DNA of 64,000 nucleotides from Bacillus subtilis subsp. subtilis str. 168 (GCF_000009045.1 NC_000964.3:3596001-3660000), one strand, 5' to 3'. Numbered from the stretch's first letter, positions 9,523 through 19,792 are shown. The notes: generated by a model not told the origin, from the letters alone. Numbers and translations: made by a program.

Positions 9523-10734
9523 TTGGCTCATACAAAATCAAAGGCAGTATTGATCTTATACACTGTTTGCTTCAGTGCATTTTTTGCATCTTTAAGCCAG
9601 AACATTTATTCACCTATTCTTCCGATCATTAAAGAATCATTCCATGTTTCCACAGCTATGGTGAACCTGTCAGTCTCAGTTTTTATGATTGTGACAGCAA
9701 TAATGCAAATTATATTAGGAGCGATCATTGATTTTAAAGGCGCTCGGATCGTCTTGATTACCGGTATTCTGGCAACGGCAGCAGCCAGCATCGGCTGTGC
9801 GGTGACTACTGACTTTACCTTGTTTCTGATATTCAGAATGATACAGGCAGCCGGTTCCGCAGCACTGCCTCTTATTGCTGCCACAACGATCGGACAGCTG
9901 TTTACAGGAAATGAACGCGGGAGTGCAATGGGAACGTATCAAATGCTCCTGTCTGTCGCACCGGCTATTGCTCCAGTTCTAGGAGGATTCATAGGCGGAG
10001 CAGCCGGATACGAAGGGATTTTTTGGATACTTGCGGCCATCTCTATCGTTTTGCTGGTGACAAACAGCATCACCTTTCCTAAAGATTCTCCAACTGAATC
10101 TATGCAGCAAGCCAAAGGCAATGTGTTCGCTCATTATAAATCAATATTTACAAATCGAACAGGGAACGTCATTTTGACTTTAAGTTTTGTTCTCTTTTTC
10201 ATTTATTTTGCAGTAATTGTCTACCTCCCAATATTGCTGACAGAGCATTACCATATAGATGTGGGTATAGCAGGACTGTTATATTTGCCGCTGGCGCTGA
10301 GCACGATTGCAGGTACGTTTCTGTTTAAAAGAATACAGGCAAAAATCGGGCTGCACACCTTGTTTATCGGAAGCAATGTGATTGCCGCCTGCAGCATCAT
10401 TTTATTTGCTGTTACACATTCCGTTTCTCTCGTTCTCATGGCTCTGACGCTGGCACTGTTTGGCATCTCGATGGGGGTTATTCCTCCCTTGTACTCTACA
10501 ATGATTACTAATGAATTTGAGCACAACAGAGGGAGTGCAATCGGAATGTTTAACTTTATCCGATATACAGGCATGGCAGCAGGTCCGATGGTATCTGCCT
10601 ACTTGCTCACAATGATGCCGTCTGCCATGTCCTTTAGCCTCCTAGGCCTTGGATTTGCCGCATTGAGCTTTTGCCTTCTTCCGCCAATGTTTTCGCCGCA
10701 GAAGCGCACGAAACAAAAAAAGCACCACATGTAA
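9523..10734 (+). CDS. yvmA: MFS efflux transporter (pulcherriminic acid exporter)
   Basis: 403 aa from the TTG after SD AGGCGGTG. About 12 hydrophobic segments; DHA1-like motifs. Confidence 0.9.
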
Positions 10735-10765
10735 AAAAGCTGCCTTTGCGGGCAGCTTTTTTTAT
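10734..10765. terminator. Bidirectional intrinsic terminator between yvmA and yvlD
   Basis: aaaaaagctgcc-tttgcg-ggcagctttttt, with A and T tracts on both sides. Confidence 0.9.
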
Positions 10766-11121
10766 TTTTTTCTAAGCGGCTCTAAAATGCCTTTTTGAAT
10801 CAGCAAATGGAAGACCGACAGGATAACGGATGCCCATATCGCTGTGCCGAAGCCGTCGATTTGAAAGCTGTCACCCATAATGGACGCGGTCATCATAAGC
10901 GTGATGGCGTTAATCACAAACAAGAAGAGTCCAAGCGTCACCATGGTGACCGGCAGTGTAAATATAATTAAAAGCGGTTTAATCAGCACGTTTAAGATCG
11001 ATAAAATGAGGCTGGCGATAATCGCTGCCCCAATGCTGCTGATATGGATGGAGTCAATATATCCATCAATGACGATTAATAACAATGCATTGACTAAAAT
11101 GCTGACTGCCCATTTTACCAT
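10762..11121 (-). CDS. yvlD: 4-TM membrane protein, phage-holin-like (DUF360) family
   Basis: 119 aa, highly hydrophobic, NVLIKPLLIIFTLP..TLGLF motif; last gene of the operon. Confidence 0.88.
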   Translation of the reverse strand: MVKWAVSILVNALLLIVIDGYIDSIHISSIGAAIIASLILSILNVLIKPLLIIFTLPVTMVTLGLFLFVINAITLMMTASIMGDSFQIDGFGTAIWASVILSVFHLLIQKGILEPLRKK

Positions 11122-11122
11122 G

Positions 11123-11320
11123 TCATTTCATATCCCTTTCTGACGGGACGATAAAAATCCAAATGATATAAATGAGCAAAACCGGCAAGACACTTGTCAT
11201 AATGGCTAAGATGACAGTTATGACTCTGAGGAGTGATGCGTCCCAATTGAAATATTCCGCGAGACCTCCGATAACACCGGCGATTTTCTTATTTTTTTCT
11301 GAGCGATAAAGCTTATTCAT
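11123..11320 (-). CDS. yvlC: PspC-domain membrane protein
   Basis: 65 aa with KLYRS..KKIAGVIGGLAEYF..D..LLRV PspC signature. Confidence 0.9.
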   Translation of the reverse strand: MNKLYRSEKNKKIAGVIGGLAEYFNWDASLLRVITVILAIMTSVLPVLLIYIIWIFIVPSERDMK

Positions 11321-11324
11321 TCGA

Positions 11325-12422
11325 TCACCTCTGTGAGTACTTTAGTTTGATGGCGCCTGTTAGTGATTCTGAGAAGACGGTGATGTTTTGATCATGTGCC
11401 TGATTTGAAGTGAACATCATTTCTTTTTGAATCGTATCATTTTTTTCCTTCAGCATCTCTACATCCATTAATTCATGGGACAGCGTACCAAGATTGCTTT
11501 TCAGCTCTGCCTTCACTGCGAGATCGTCCGGAATTGCAAGCTCTACATTTCCAGTCGTTGTTTTTGCATAAATGGAGCGGCAGTCTGATTCTGTTACGTT
11601 AATCGCAATATTTCCGTTAAAGCTTTGAACGTCAATGGATTCGCTTTTCCCTCGGAGATCGATCAATCCGTTAATGGTTTCCGCTTCTATCGTACCGCAG
11701 CTGTGGCTTGCGAGCTTAATTTGCCCGTTGGCCGTTTCAGCTATGGCTTTTTCGGCTGTTAAATACGAGAACGACAGCACGCCGTTTGTCGTTTTCGCTG
11801 AGAACTCTTTTACATGTAAATGTTCCCCTCTGACTGGACCGTTAAACAGCTTCACCCGAATCTTATCATACTCCTTCTGAGGAATATACAAAGTGACATT
11901 CGTTTTCATCGTCTTTTTCTCAGTACGGATAAAAAACTTATTACCTTTGATTTCACATTCAATATGCTGAAGAAATGCGTGTCTCGCCGCATCCTGGCTG
12001 TCAGCGCGATATACCTTCGCCTGGCATTCCGCTCTGATATCGTCATCTTCCCAAGGGACGATATTTACGCTGCCATTGGCAATTTGCAGCTCAACACTGG
12101 AAAAGTCAGTATCTTTAAATTGAAAAATGTGCTGAACATCATACGCATGGCCAAAGTTTAAATCAAGGTCAACTTCCTTGACCTTTTTCACAGCAGAATC
12201 AATCCAGTCAAACAGCTTGGCTCCTAAAGACGGTTTGCCGCTTTCTTTTTTTGCCGTTGTAAATGGCTCTTCCTCGTCATGAACGTGAACTGAGAGCGCT
12301 GTGATTTTCTCTTCTTTTTCCTTGTAGTCGCTGTCAAGCTTTTCAATCAGTGTCAAAGCTTCTTGTGCTGTAAGCTTTCCTTCCTCAACAAGCTTAAGGA
12401 TTCGTTCCTTTTCTTGCTTCAT
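11325..12422 (-). CDS. yvlB: SHOCT-like N-terminus plus DUF4097 beta-repeat protein (LiaX/LiaG-like)
   Basis: 365 aa. ERILKLVEEGKLTAQEALTLI followed by repeated T.NG.I beta motifs. Confidence 0.88.
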   Translation of the reverse strand: MKQEKERILKLVEEGKLTAQEALTLIEKLDSDYKEKEEKITALSVHVHDEEEPFTTAKKESGKPSLGAKLFDWIDSAVKKVKEVDLDLNFGHAYDVQHIFQFKDTDFSSVELQIANGSVNIVPWEDDDIRAECQAKVYRADSQDAARHAFLQHIECEIKGNKFFIRTEKKTMKTNVTLYIPQKEYDKIRVKLFNGPVRGEHLHVKEFSAKTTNGVLSFSYLTAEKAIAETANGQIKLASHSCGTIEAETINGLIDLRGKSESIDVQSFNGNIAINVTESDCRSIYAKTTTGNVELAIPDDLAVKAELKSNLGTLSHELMDVEMLKEKNDTIQKEMMFTSNQAHDQNITVFSESLTGAIKLKYSQR

Positions 12423-12446
12423 TACGATCTCCTCCCCATTGTCTAC

Positions 12447-12773
12447 TTATGCTGCACGCAGGACCTTAATGCCCTGAATCACATTCCAAATGATAATGCC
12501 AATGACAACTAAGAAATAAATAACCGCTCCCCCGATGATTACAAATACAGGAAGCAAGCTGTCTCCATCAATCGCAACGGCTCCGCCAAGTAAAGCAATA
12601 AAAAGGAACAGCCAGCCGACAAACGGAACAATGTGAGAAATAAGAGAGCGTATCGCATGGCGTTTTGTTTCTTTCTCATTTACAACAAAATATGCGACAA
12701 TCGGCACAATGATTGGCGCAATGAACACACTGAAATAACAAAGTGATGCAATAATAGCTTGATTACGGTTCAA
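12447..12773 (-). CDS. yvlA: Small membrane protein
   Basis: 108 aa from the TTG after SD AGGAGTG; three hydrophobic segments. Confidence 0.85.
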   Translation of the reverse strand: MNRNQAIIASLCYFSVFIAPIIVPIVAYFVVNEKETKRHAIRSLISHIVPFVGWLFLFIALLGGAVAIDGDSLLPVFVIIGGAVIYFLVVIGIIIWNVIQGIKVLRAA

Positions 12774-12834
12774 TTCATTCCACACTCCTATTGTGAATTG
12801 TCCATGACAAAAGATCAGGGACGTTTTACTTATT

Positions 12835-12862
12835 TATACGTTTAAAATCTCTTCAGGTTTCA
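12835..12862 (-). promoter_or_regulatory. Sigma-W promoter of yvlABCD
   Basis: Minus strand TGAAAC-N16-CGTATA, the sigma-W consensus. Confidence 0.9.
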
Positions 12863-12990
12863 AATTCATTCTTTAGACATGCTCCGATTTACGGAAATTG
12901 GATTTTAAAAAGTTTTAGAAGTAGAATCTTCCGGCTATACCGATTACAATATGTAAAAAGCTTACGGCAACCAAGGAGGCTGGACAAGCA

Positions 12991-13221
12991 ATGGAGAAAG
13001 ATCCCAGTGACTATACAGTAACACAAGAATCAGTGTTAAAGCTGATTCAGGAACAAAAAAGAATGAATCGTGAAATGATCACCGAGCTTGAGCAGATTCA
13101 CGGACCCTTCCCGATCTCTCACGATATCCAATATATAAAAGTGCTGCTCGACAGCAGCAACACACATATTGTTCAAGATTTAATGAGTGTAAGTAAGCAG
13201 CTGTATAAGAAGACTTTGTAA
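12991..13221 (+). CDS. yvkN: Small conserved hypothetical protein
   Basis: 76 aa ORF with strong SD AAGGAGG. Confidence 0.8.
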
Positions 13222-13340
13222 TTGCGGAAAACATATCATTCATTATAACTGAAACAAAGCTAAAGGTTAGATGACAATATCTTGCCTTTTTTGTTTTGAA
13301 AAAACAAGTGATTCCCTGGCTGTCACAAAATGATTGTAAC

Positions 13341-13390
13341 AAAAAAAGCCTGCCGGCACATCCAGTTAATGGACTCTGTCGGCAAGCTGT
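13341..13390 (-). repeat. Imperfect palindrome / terminator, copy A, downstream of yvzB
   Basis: aagcctgccggcacatcc..ggactctgtcggcaagctgt preceded by A7; about 32/45 identical to copy B at 14001-14044. Confidence 0.7.
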
Positions 13391-13419
13391 AACTATCAGA
13401 AAGAGATAGCCGTTCAAAA

Positions 13420-13975
13420 TTAACGTAACAATTGAAGCACGTTTTGCGGCTGTTGGTTTGCTTGAGCAAGCATCGCTTGAGAAGCTTGAGAAGGAATGTT
13501 GTTCTTTGTGAACTCGCTCATTTCTTTCGCCATGTCAACGTCACGGATACGGGACTCAGCAGCTGTCAGGTTTTCAGAAGAAGCACCAAGGTTGTTGATT
13601 GTGTGCTCTAGACGGTTTTGTACCGCACCAAGTTTAGCACGTTGGTTTGAGACATTGTTGATTGCAGTATCAATACTTTCAAGTTGTGTATCAAAAGGAG
13701 TATTAGCAAAATCTGTTACATTAAGTGCGTTTACTCCTAAAGCAGTTGATGACATGCTGTCAATGTTAACTGTAAGCTGCTGGCCAGCATTTGCTCCAAT
13801 TTGGAAAGTGAAACCATCAGTTTCAGTACCATCTAATAACTTTTTGCCGTTGAATTCAGTACGATTTGAAATGCCATCAACTTCCTCAATAAGCGCATCC
13901 ATTTCATCTTTAATTGCACCAAGATCTTCTGCTTGTTGTGTACCTGTGTTTCCTGCTTGAACAGTAAGTTCACTT
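13420..13975 (-). pseudogene. yvzB: 5'-truncated second flagellin (C-terminal two thirds)
   Basis: Homology to Hag begins at ELTVQAGNTGTQ (about 13971), upstream of the first ATG (13902), which has no SD. About 90 N-terminal residues are missing. The last 225 nt are about 92% identical to hag by manual alignment. Confidence 0.9.
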
Positions 13976-13995
13976 CTAAACCTATTATGCCGTAA

Positions 13996-14044
13996 AGAAA
14001 AAGCTTGCCTGCTAAGCCCAAGGATGGACTTGCCGACAAGCTGT
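13996..14044 (-). repeat. Imperfect palindrome / uvrBA terminator, copy B, upstream of yvzB
   Basis: aagcttgcctgctaagccc..ggacttgccgacaagctgt preceded by an A-tract; direct-repeat relative of copy A. Confidence 0.7.
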
Positions 14045-14063
14045 CCCCTCTTAACAGAGGGTT

Positions 14064-16937
14064 TTAAGATGTAGCTGTTTCTTTTGCTTTCAAGAGCGAT
14101 TTCATGCGTGTTTTGTCACGTTCGATAACAGGCTTTAAATAACGGCCTGTATACGATTCTTCAACTTCAGTGATTTCCTCAGGCGTTCCAGACGCGACAA
14201 TGGTTCCGCCTCCGGCTCCGCCTTCCGGGCCCAAATCCACAATGTAATCGGCCGTCTTAATGATATCAAGATTGTGCTCAATAACCAGTACAGTGTCTCC
14301 GTTGTCTACCAACCGTTGCAGCACGACAAGAAGCCTGGCGATATCGTCGACATGCAAACCTGTCGTCGGCTCATCTAAAATGTAGAGCGTACGTCCGGTT
14401 GAGCGTTTGTGCAGCTCTGACGCGAGCTTCACGCGCTGCGCTTCTCCGCCTGACAAGGTCGTCGCCGGCTGGCCGAGCGTAATATAACCTAAACCAACAT
14501 CATAAAGGGTTTGGAGCTTGCGTTTGATTTTCGGGATATTTTCAAAGAAAGAAAGAGCATCTTCAACCGTCATATCAAGCACATCAGAGATGCTTTTTCC
14601 TTTGTACGTCACTTCAAGCGTTTCACGGTTATAGCGTTTGCCGTGACACACCTCGCATGGAACGTATACGTCAGGAAGGAAGTGCATTTCAATTTTAATA
14701 ATCCCGTCTCCGCGGCAGGCTTCACATCGTCCGCCCTTCACGTTGAAGCTGAAACGGCCTTTTTTATAGCCGCGGACCTTCGCTTCATTTGTCTGCGCGA
14801 ATACATCACGAATGTCATCAAATACACCGGTGTATGTCGCAGGGTTGGATCTCGGCGTTCTTCCGATTGGCGCCTGGTCAATGTCAATGACTTTATCTAA
14901 ATGATCCAAACCTTTAATCTCTTTATGGCTGCCGGGCTTCGCTTTCGCTTTATGAAGCTTTTGCGCCAGCGCCTTATGCAAAATTTCATTAACGAGTGTA
15001 CTCTTTCCTGAACCGGAAACACCTGTAACTGCTGTAAACGTCCCAAGCGGGAACTTGGCATTCACTTTTTTCAGGTTGTTTTCTGATGCACCTTTAATTT
15101 CAATGTAACGTCCGTCCGGCTTTCTTCTTTCAGGAGGCAATGGGATAAACTTTTTCCCTGATAAATAGCTGCCCGTTAATGAATTTGGATCTTCCATCAC
15201 TTCTTCCGGCGTACCCGCAGATATCACCTGTCCGCCGTGAATGCCGGCTCCCGGTCCAATATCTATTAAATAATCTGCTGCCATCATCGTGTCCTCATCA
15301 TGTTCGACAACAATCAGCGTGTTCCCGAGGTCTCTCATATTTTTCAGAGCGCTGATCAAGCGGTCGTTATCACGCTGATGCAGACCGATAGACGGCTCAT
15401 CTAAAATATAAAGCACACCGGATAAACGCGAGCCAATTTGAGTCGCCAGCCTGATGCGCTGCGCCTCTCCTCCGGACAATGTACCCGCTGCCCTGCTCAA
15501 TGTCAGGTAATCGAGGCCGACTTTGTCCAGAAAGCTTAAGCGCTCCACAATTTCGCGCAAAATCAAATTGGCGATCTGCATATCCTTCTCAGAAAGGGTA
15601 AGATCTTTAAAGAAGGCAAGTGCGTCGGCGACAGACAGCTCGGTAATTTTCCCAATGTGGCGGCCGTCAATCAGTACGGCAAGCGCCTCTTTCTTTAACC
15701 GATAGCCTTTGCACGTCGGACAAGACTTCTGAGACATATACTGCTCCATTTGCTCACGTATGAAATCGGAGCCTGTCTCCTTATAGCGTCTTTCAATGTT
15801 GCGCAATACGCCTTCAAATTGAATTTCACCTTCGCGGATTTGTCCAAAATCATTTTCATATCGGAAATAAATCAGGTCATCCCCGCTGCCGTACAGCACT
15901 TTATCCAGTTGATGCTTCGGCAAATCTTTGACCGGCACATCCATATCAATCCCGTAGTGGGTGCAGACTGCCTCAAGCAGCTGAGGATAATATTGTGAGC
16001 TGATCGGTGTCCAAGGGGCGACCGCATTCTCCTTCAATGACAAATCTTGATTGGGGATGACAAGATCGGCATCCACTTCAAGCTTCATTCCGAGACCGTC
16101 ACACGTCGGACACGCCCCGAACGGACTGTTAAACGAAAACAGACGCGGCTCAAGCTCACCAATTGAAAATCCGCAGTGCGGACAGGCATGATGCTCGCTG
16201 AACATCAGCTCTTCCTCACCGATGACATCGATCATAACCCGTCCTTCACCTAAACGAAGCGCCGTTTCCAATGAATCTGACAGCCGGGCTGCCACGCCTT
16301 CTTTCACGACAATCCGGTCAATGACTACCTCAATGGAATGCTTCTTGTTCTTTTCTAATTCGATATCGTCGGAAAGCTCAGCCATCTCGCCGTCAATTCT
16401 GACTCTGACATAGCCTTGTTTCCTAATCTGTTCAAGCACTTTGACATGAGCGCCTTTTCGGCCCGAGACAATCGGCGCCAGCACCTGAAGCTTCGTCCGT
16501 TCCGGGTATTCCAGAATTCTGTCCACCATTTGCTCGATGGTCTGGGATGTAATCTCAATTCCGTGTTCCGGACAATGAGGCTTCCCTACTCTCGCATATA
16601 AAAGACGCAGATAATCATAAATCTCAGTTACCGTACCGACAGTAGACCTCGGATTGCGGCTCGTTGTTTTCTGATCAATGCTGATGGCGGGAGAGAGCCC
16701 CTCAATTGCATCCACATCCGGCTTATCCATTTGCCCTAAAAACTGGCGGGCATAGGCAGACAGCGACTCGACATACCGTCTCTGTCCTTCAGCATATATC
16801 GTGTCAAAGGCAAGGGAGGATTTACCTGATCCGGACAAACCCGTGACAACGACAAGCTGATCTCTCGGAATCGTTACATCTATATTTTTCAGGTTATGCG
16901 CCCTGGCTCCCTTCACCTCTATCCGATCCATAGCCAT
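14064..16937 (-). CDS. uvrA: Excinuclease ABC subunit A
   Basis: 957 aa with two Walker A motifs ([16 protein letters not shown]), LSGGEAQR signatures and Zn fingers. Confidence 0.99.
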   Translation of the reverse strand: MAMDRIEVKGARAHNLKNIDVTIPRDQLVVVTGLSGSGKSSLAFDTIYAEGQRRYVESLSAYARQFLGQMDKPDVDAIEGLSPAISIDQKTTSRNPRSTVGTVTEIYDYLRLLYARVGKPHCPEHGIEITSQTIEQMVDRILEYPERTKLQVLAPIVSGRKGAHVKVLEQIRKQGYVRVRIDGEMAELSDDIELEKNKKHSIEVVIDRIVVKEGVAARLSDSLETALRLGEGRVMIDVIGEEELMFSEHHACPHCGFSIGELEPRLFSFNSPFGACPTCDGLGMKLEVDADLVIPNQDLSLKENAVAPWTPISSQYYPQLLEAVCTHYGIDMDVPVKDLPKHQLDKVLYGSGDDLIYFRYENDFGQIREGEIQFEGVLRNIERRYKETGSDFIREQMEQYMSQKSCPTCKGYRLKKEALAVLIDGRHIGKITELSVADALAFFKDLTLSEKDMQIANLILREIVERLSFLDKVGLDYLTLSRAAGTLSGGEAQRIRLATQIGSRLSGVLYILDEPSIGLHQRDNDRLISALKNMRDLGNTLIVVEHDEDTMMAADYLIDIGPGAGIHGGQVISAGTPEEVMEDPNSLTGSYLSGKKFIPLPPERRKPDGRYIEIKGASENNLKKVNAKFPLGTFTAVTGVSGSGKSTLVNEILHKALAQKLHKAKAKPGSHKEIKGLDHLDKVIDIDQAPIGRTPRSNPATYTGVFDDIRDVFAQTNEAKVRGYKKGRFSFNVKGGRCEACRGDGIIKIEMHFLPDVYVPCEVCHGKRYNRETLEVTYKGKSISDVLDMTVEDALSFFENIPKIKRKLQTLYDVGLGYITLGQPATTLSGGEAQRVKLASELHKRSTGRTLYILDEPTTGLHVDDIARLLVVLQRLVDNGDTVLVIEHNLDIIKTADYIVDLGPEGGAGGGTIVASGTPEEITEVEESYTGRYLKPVIERDKTRMKSLLKAKETATS

Positions 16938-16944
16938 TTGTTCA

Positions 16945-18930
16945 TCATCCTTCCGCTTTTAGCTCTAAAAGTAAATCGCGAAGCTCCGCGGCTCTCTCAA
17001 AGTCAAGCGCCTTGGCGGCTTCCTTCATTTCATGCTCCATCTGTTCAACGACTTTCTGGCGTTCTTTCTTCGTCATTTTCGACAGCTTCGGCGCGGCTTT
17101 TGTTTTGTATTCCGCTTTATCCTCAGCTGCTACTGTGGCACGAATGACATCGCGAATTTCTTTATTTATCGTTTTCGGCGTAATGCCGTGCTCTTCGTTA
17201 AACCGCTCCTGCTGCTCGCGGCGGCGTTTTGTTTCATTAATCGCAATTTCCATAGACTTCGTTATTTTATCGGCGTACATAATGACGCGGCCTTCCGCAT
17301 TTCTCGCTGCCCGTCCGATGGTCTGGATCAGCGACCGCTCCGAACGAAGGAAACCTTCCTTATCCGCATCCAAAATCGCAACAAGGGATACTTCGGGAAT
17401 GTCCAAACCTTCCCTCAGCAGGTTGATGCCGACAAGCACATCGTACTTGCCAAGGCGCAGGTCGCGGATAATTTCAATCCGTTCAAGCGTCTTGATCTCA
17501 GAATGCAGATAGTTTACTTTAATGCCGATTTCCTTTAAATAATCGGTCAGATCCTCTGACATCTTCTTCGTCAAAGTTGTCACAAGCACCCGTTCATTCC
17601 GCTCGATTCTTGCTTGAATTTCGCCGATCAAGTCGTCAATCTGACCTTCGATTGGACGGACGTCAATAAGCGGGTCAAGAAGCCCCGTCGGACGAATGAT
17701 CTGTTCGACCATTTCATCTGTATGTTCAATCTCGTACGGCCCTGGTGTTGCTGATACATACACGATATTGTGCATATGCTTTTCAAATTCCTCAAAACGA
17801 AGCGGACGGTTATCAAGCGCTGATGGAAGCCGGAAGCCGTGATCCACGAGCACCTGTTTCCGCGCCTGGTCTCCGTTAAACATGCCGCGCACCTGAGGAA
17901 TTGTCACATGCGACTCATCCACCACGATCATAAAATCGTCTGGGAAATAATCAAGAAGCGTATACGGCGTTGAACCTGGAGGCCGCAGAGTCAAATGTCT
18001 TGAATAGTTCTCGATGCCGGAGCAGAAACCCATTTCACGCATCATTTCAAGATCATATCTTGTCCGCTGCTCTAAACGCTGCGCTTCAAGGAGCTTTCCG
18101 TTTTCATGCATGACCTTCAGCTGCTCCTCAAGCTCCTTCTCGATATTTTGAATCGCCTTCTCCATTTTCTCGGCCCGCGTTACGAAGTGGGATGCCGGGA
18201 AAATCGCAACATGATCTCGGTCGCCGAGAATTTCTCCTGTCAGCGCATCTACTTCCCGAATCCGTTCGATTTCGTCACCGAAAAATTCAACTCTGACACA
18301 ATGCTCATCACGGGATGCCGGAAAGATTTCCACTACATCCCCGCGCACACGAAATGTACCGCGCTGAAAGTCGATATCGTTGCGGGCATATTGGATGTCT
18401 ACAAGTTTTCTGAGCAGCTCGTTGCGCTCAATTTCCATTTCAGTCCGCAGTGACACGACCATTTCCCGGTATTCCTCAGGCGAACCGAGGCCGTATATAC
18501 AAGACACACTCGCAATAATAATGACATCTCTGCGCTCAAACAAAGCTGATGTGGCGGAGTGTCTCAGTTTATCAATTTCATCATTAATACTAGCGTCTTT
18601 CTCTATAAATGTATCCGTTTGAGGCACATACGCCTCCGGCTGATAATAATCATAGTAGCTGACAAAATACTCGACAGCATTGTTCGGAAAAAATTCCTTG
18701 AACTCACTGTAAAGCTGTCCAGCAAGGGTTTTGTTATGGGCAATCACGAGAGTCGGCTTATTGACTTCTTTAATCAAATTGGACACCGTAAATGTTTTCC
18801 CAGTTCCTGTTGCACCCAGCAGAGTCTGATGCTTCTTGCCCTCCTGAATTCCTTTCACAAGCTTTTCAATGGCTTTCGGCTGATCTCCCTGGGGCTGATA
18901 TTTCGAGACTAACTCAAAGCGATCTTTCAC
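16945..18930 (-). CDS. uvrB: Excinuclease ABC subunit B
   Basis: 661 aa from GTG (MKDRFEL) after [19 protein letters not shown] and C-terminal UVR motif. Confidence 0.99.
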   Translation of the reverse strand: MKDRFELVSKYQPQGDQPKAIEKLVKGIQEGKKHQTLLGATGTGKTFTVSNLIKEVNKPTLVIAHNKTLAGQLYSEFKEFFPNNAVEYFVSYYDYYQPEAYVPQTDTFIEKDASINDEIDKLRHSATSALFERRDVIIIASVSCIYGLGSPEEYREMVVSLRTEMEIERNELLRKLVDIQYARNDIDFQRGTFRVRGDVVEIFPASRDEHCVRVEFFGDEIERIREVDALTGEILGDRDHVAIFPASHFVTRAEKMEKAIQNIEKELEEQLKVMHENGKLLEAQRLEQRTRYDLEMMREMGFCSGIENYSRHLTLRPPGSTPYTLLDYFPDDFMIVVDESHVTIPQVRGMFNGDQARKQVLVDHGFRLPSALDNRPLRFEEFEKHMHNIVYVSATPGPYEIEHTDEMVEQIIRPTGLLDPLIDVRPIEGQIDDLIGEIQARIERNERVLVTTLTKKMSEDLTDYLKEIGIKVNYLHSEIKTLERIEIIRDLRLGKYDVLVGINLLREGLDIPEVSLVAILDADKEGFLRSERSLIQTIGRAARNAEGRVIMYADKITKSMEIAINETKRRREQQERFNEEHGITPKTINKEIRDVIRATVAAEDKAEYKTKAAPKLSKMTKKERQKVVEQMEHEMKEAAKALDFERAAELRDLLLELKAEG

Positions 18931-19008
18931 AAAAATAAGCCTCCGTTTCTTTAACGAAATCTTCCTATAGATATAGTAACACAATGGAAAGCAAAATCAC
19001 TAAAAATA

Positions 19009-19022
19009 CGAACTAAAGTTCG
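19009..19022. promoter_or_regulatory. LexA (DinR) SOS box
   Basis: CGAACTAAAGTTCG matches CGAAC-N4-GTTCG, upstream of uvrB. Confidence 0.93.
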
Positions 19023-19054
19023 GTGGTTTTTTATTTCCAGCTGTTTTTGTGTAT

Positions 19055-19086
19055 AAAAAACCTGCTTTTAAAACGTAAAAGCAGGT
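19055..19086 (-). terminator. csbA terminator
   Basis: acctgctttta-N5-taaaagcaggt, 11-bp stem with a U-tract on the minus strand. Confidence 0.85.
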
Positions 19087-19115
19087 ATTCAGTCTTTATA
19101 TTCATTATGTCCGAT

Positions 19116-19346
19116 TTATTCTTCTTTTTTCTCTGCAGCTTTTTTGGCCATATACAGTCCGCCAGCCACAAGAGACACAACATCCAATCCTACAATAAAA
19201 TACGTTTCTGTATAGCCTTTTAAATAAGAGGCAAACAGCAATGCAGCTGTTAAAGCGATCGCCACATAATGATTAAAGGTGACTCTAGTAAATAGAACAA
19301 CAAGCATAAAAGGGAAAAACAATGCAAAAACGGCTTTTGTAATCAA
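19116..19346 (-). CDS. csbA: Sigma-B-controlled small membrane protein
   Basis: 76 aa from the TTG 7 nt after GGAGG; hydrophobic. Confidence 0.9.
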   Translation of the reverse strand: MITKAVFALFFPFMLVVLFTRVTFNHYVAIALTAALLFASYLKGYTETYFIVGLDVVSLVAGGLYMAKKAAEKKEE

Positions 19347-19438
19347 CAAAAACCCTCCTCAGGGATTCTTCATCTGATCTGATTATAGTAAAAAATGAAG
19401 AATCGGACAATCGTGCATTCGCTCCCTCTACTTACACC

Positions 19439-19464
19439 ATACCCCTTTTCAGCCAAAATCAATC
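19439..19464 (-). promoter_or_regulatory. Sigma-B promoter of csbA
   Basis: Minus strand GATTGA-N14-GGGTAT. Confidence 0.75.
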
Positions 19465-19505
19465 ACCATATTTGCATTTTGGTGCCGGTCAAAACTTATT
19501 CCATG

Positions 19506-19537
19506 GTGCCGCTGTTCTAATCAGCGGCACTTTTTTT
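19506..19537 (+). terminator. Intrinsic terminator with no obvious upstream plus-strand gene
   Basis: gtgccgctg-N7-cagcggcac followed by T7. Confidence 0.75.
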
Positions 19538-19665
19538 ATTACATCATCAAGTCCGCCGCCAGATTCCGAGAATAAAAGAAAATAGGCATACAGTACCAGT
19601 ACGGCCGCATTTTTCAGGATAATATAACCAACTTAACTATTCATTTTATTTAGGACTTTCTGCGT

Positions 19666-19694
19666 TTGACAGCATTTTCCTGAAAACCTACAAT
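19666..19694 (+). promoter_or_regulatory. Sigma-A promoter of yvkCBA
   Basis: TTGACA-N17-TACAAT. Confidence 0.85.
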
Positions 19695-19695
19695 T

Positions 19696-19719
19696 AAATG
19701 ATAGTGTTTACTATCATTT
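19696..19719. promoter_or_regulatory. Candidate TetR (YvkB) operator
   Basis: AAATGATAGT-gttt-ACTATCATTT, perfect 10-bp arms covering the predicted +1. Confidence 0.7.
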
Positions 19720-19792
19720 TTTAAACACAGGCTCCGCAATAAAAAGACTAGAGAGAAAAACAAAATGAATGAAGAAAAGAGGGGTTTCAAAT

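Noticed and set aside
13321-13341. Imperfect inverted repeat TGTCACAA-N5-TTGTAACA downstream of yvkN
   Set aside because: It lies between convergent 3' ends with no promoter to regulate and matches no consensus I can name.
13903-14115. The yvzB reading frame stays open upstream through both hairpins into the last 17 codons of uvrA (-1 frame), suggesting a UvrA-flagellin frameshift fusion
   Set aside because: There is no convincing slippery heptamer, a terminator intervenes, the linker has no protein-like homology, and about 48 stop-free codons is unremarkable by chance.
19023-19115. Possible sigma-B read-through from csbA into uvrBA
   Set aside because: An 11-bp-stem terminator with a U-tract (19055-19086) separates them, and uvrB has its own LexA-controlled region.
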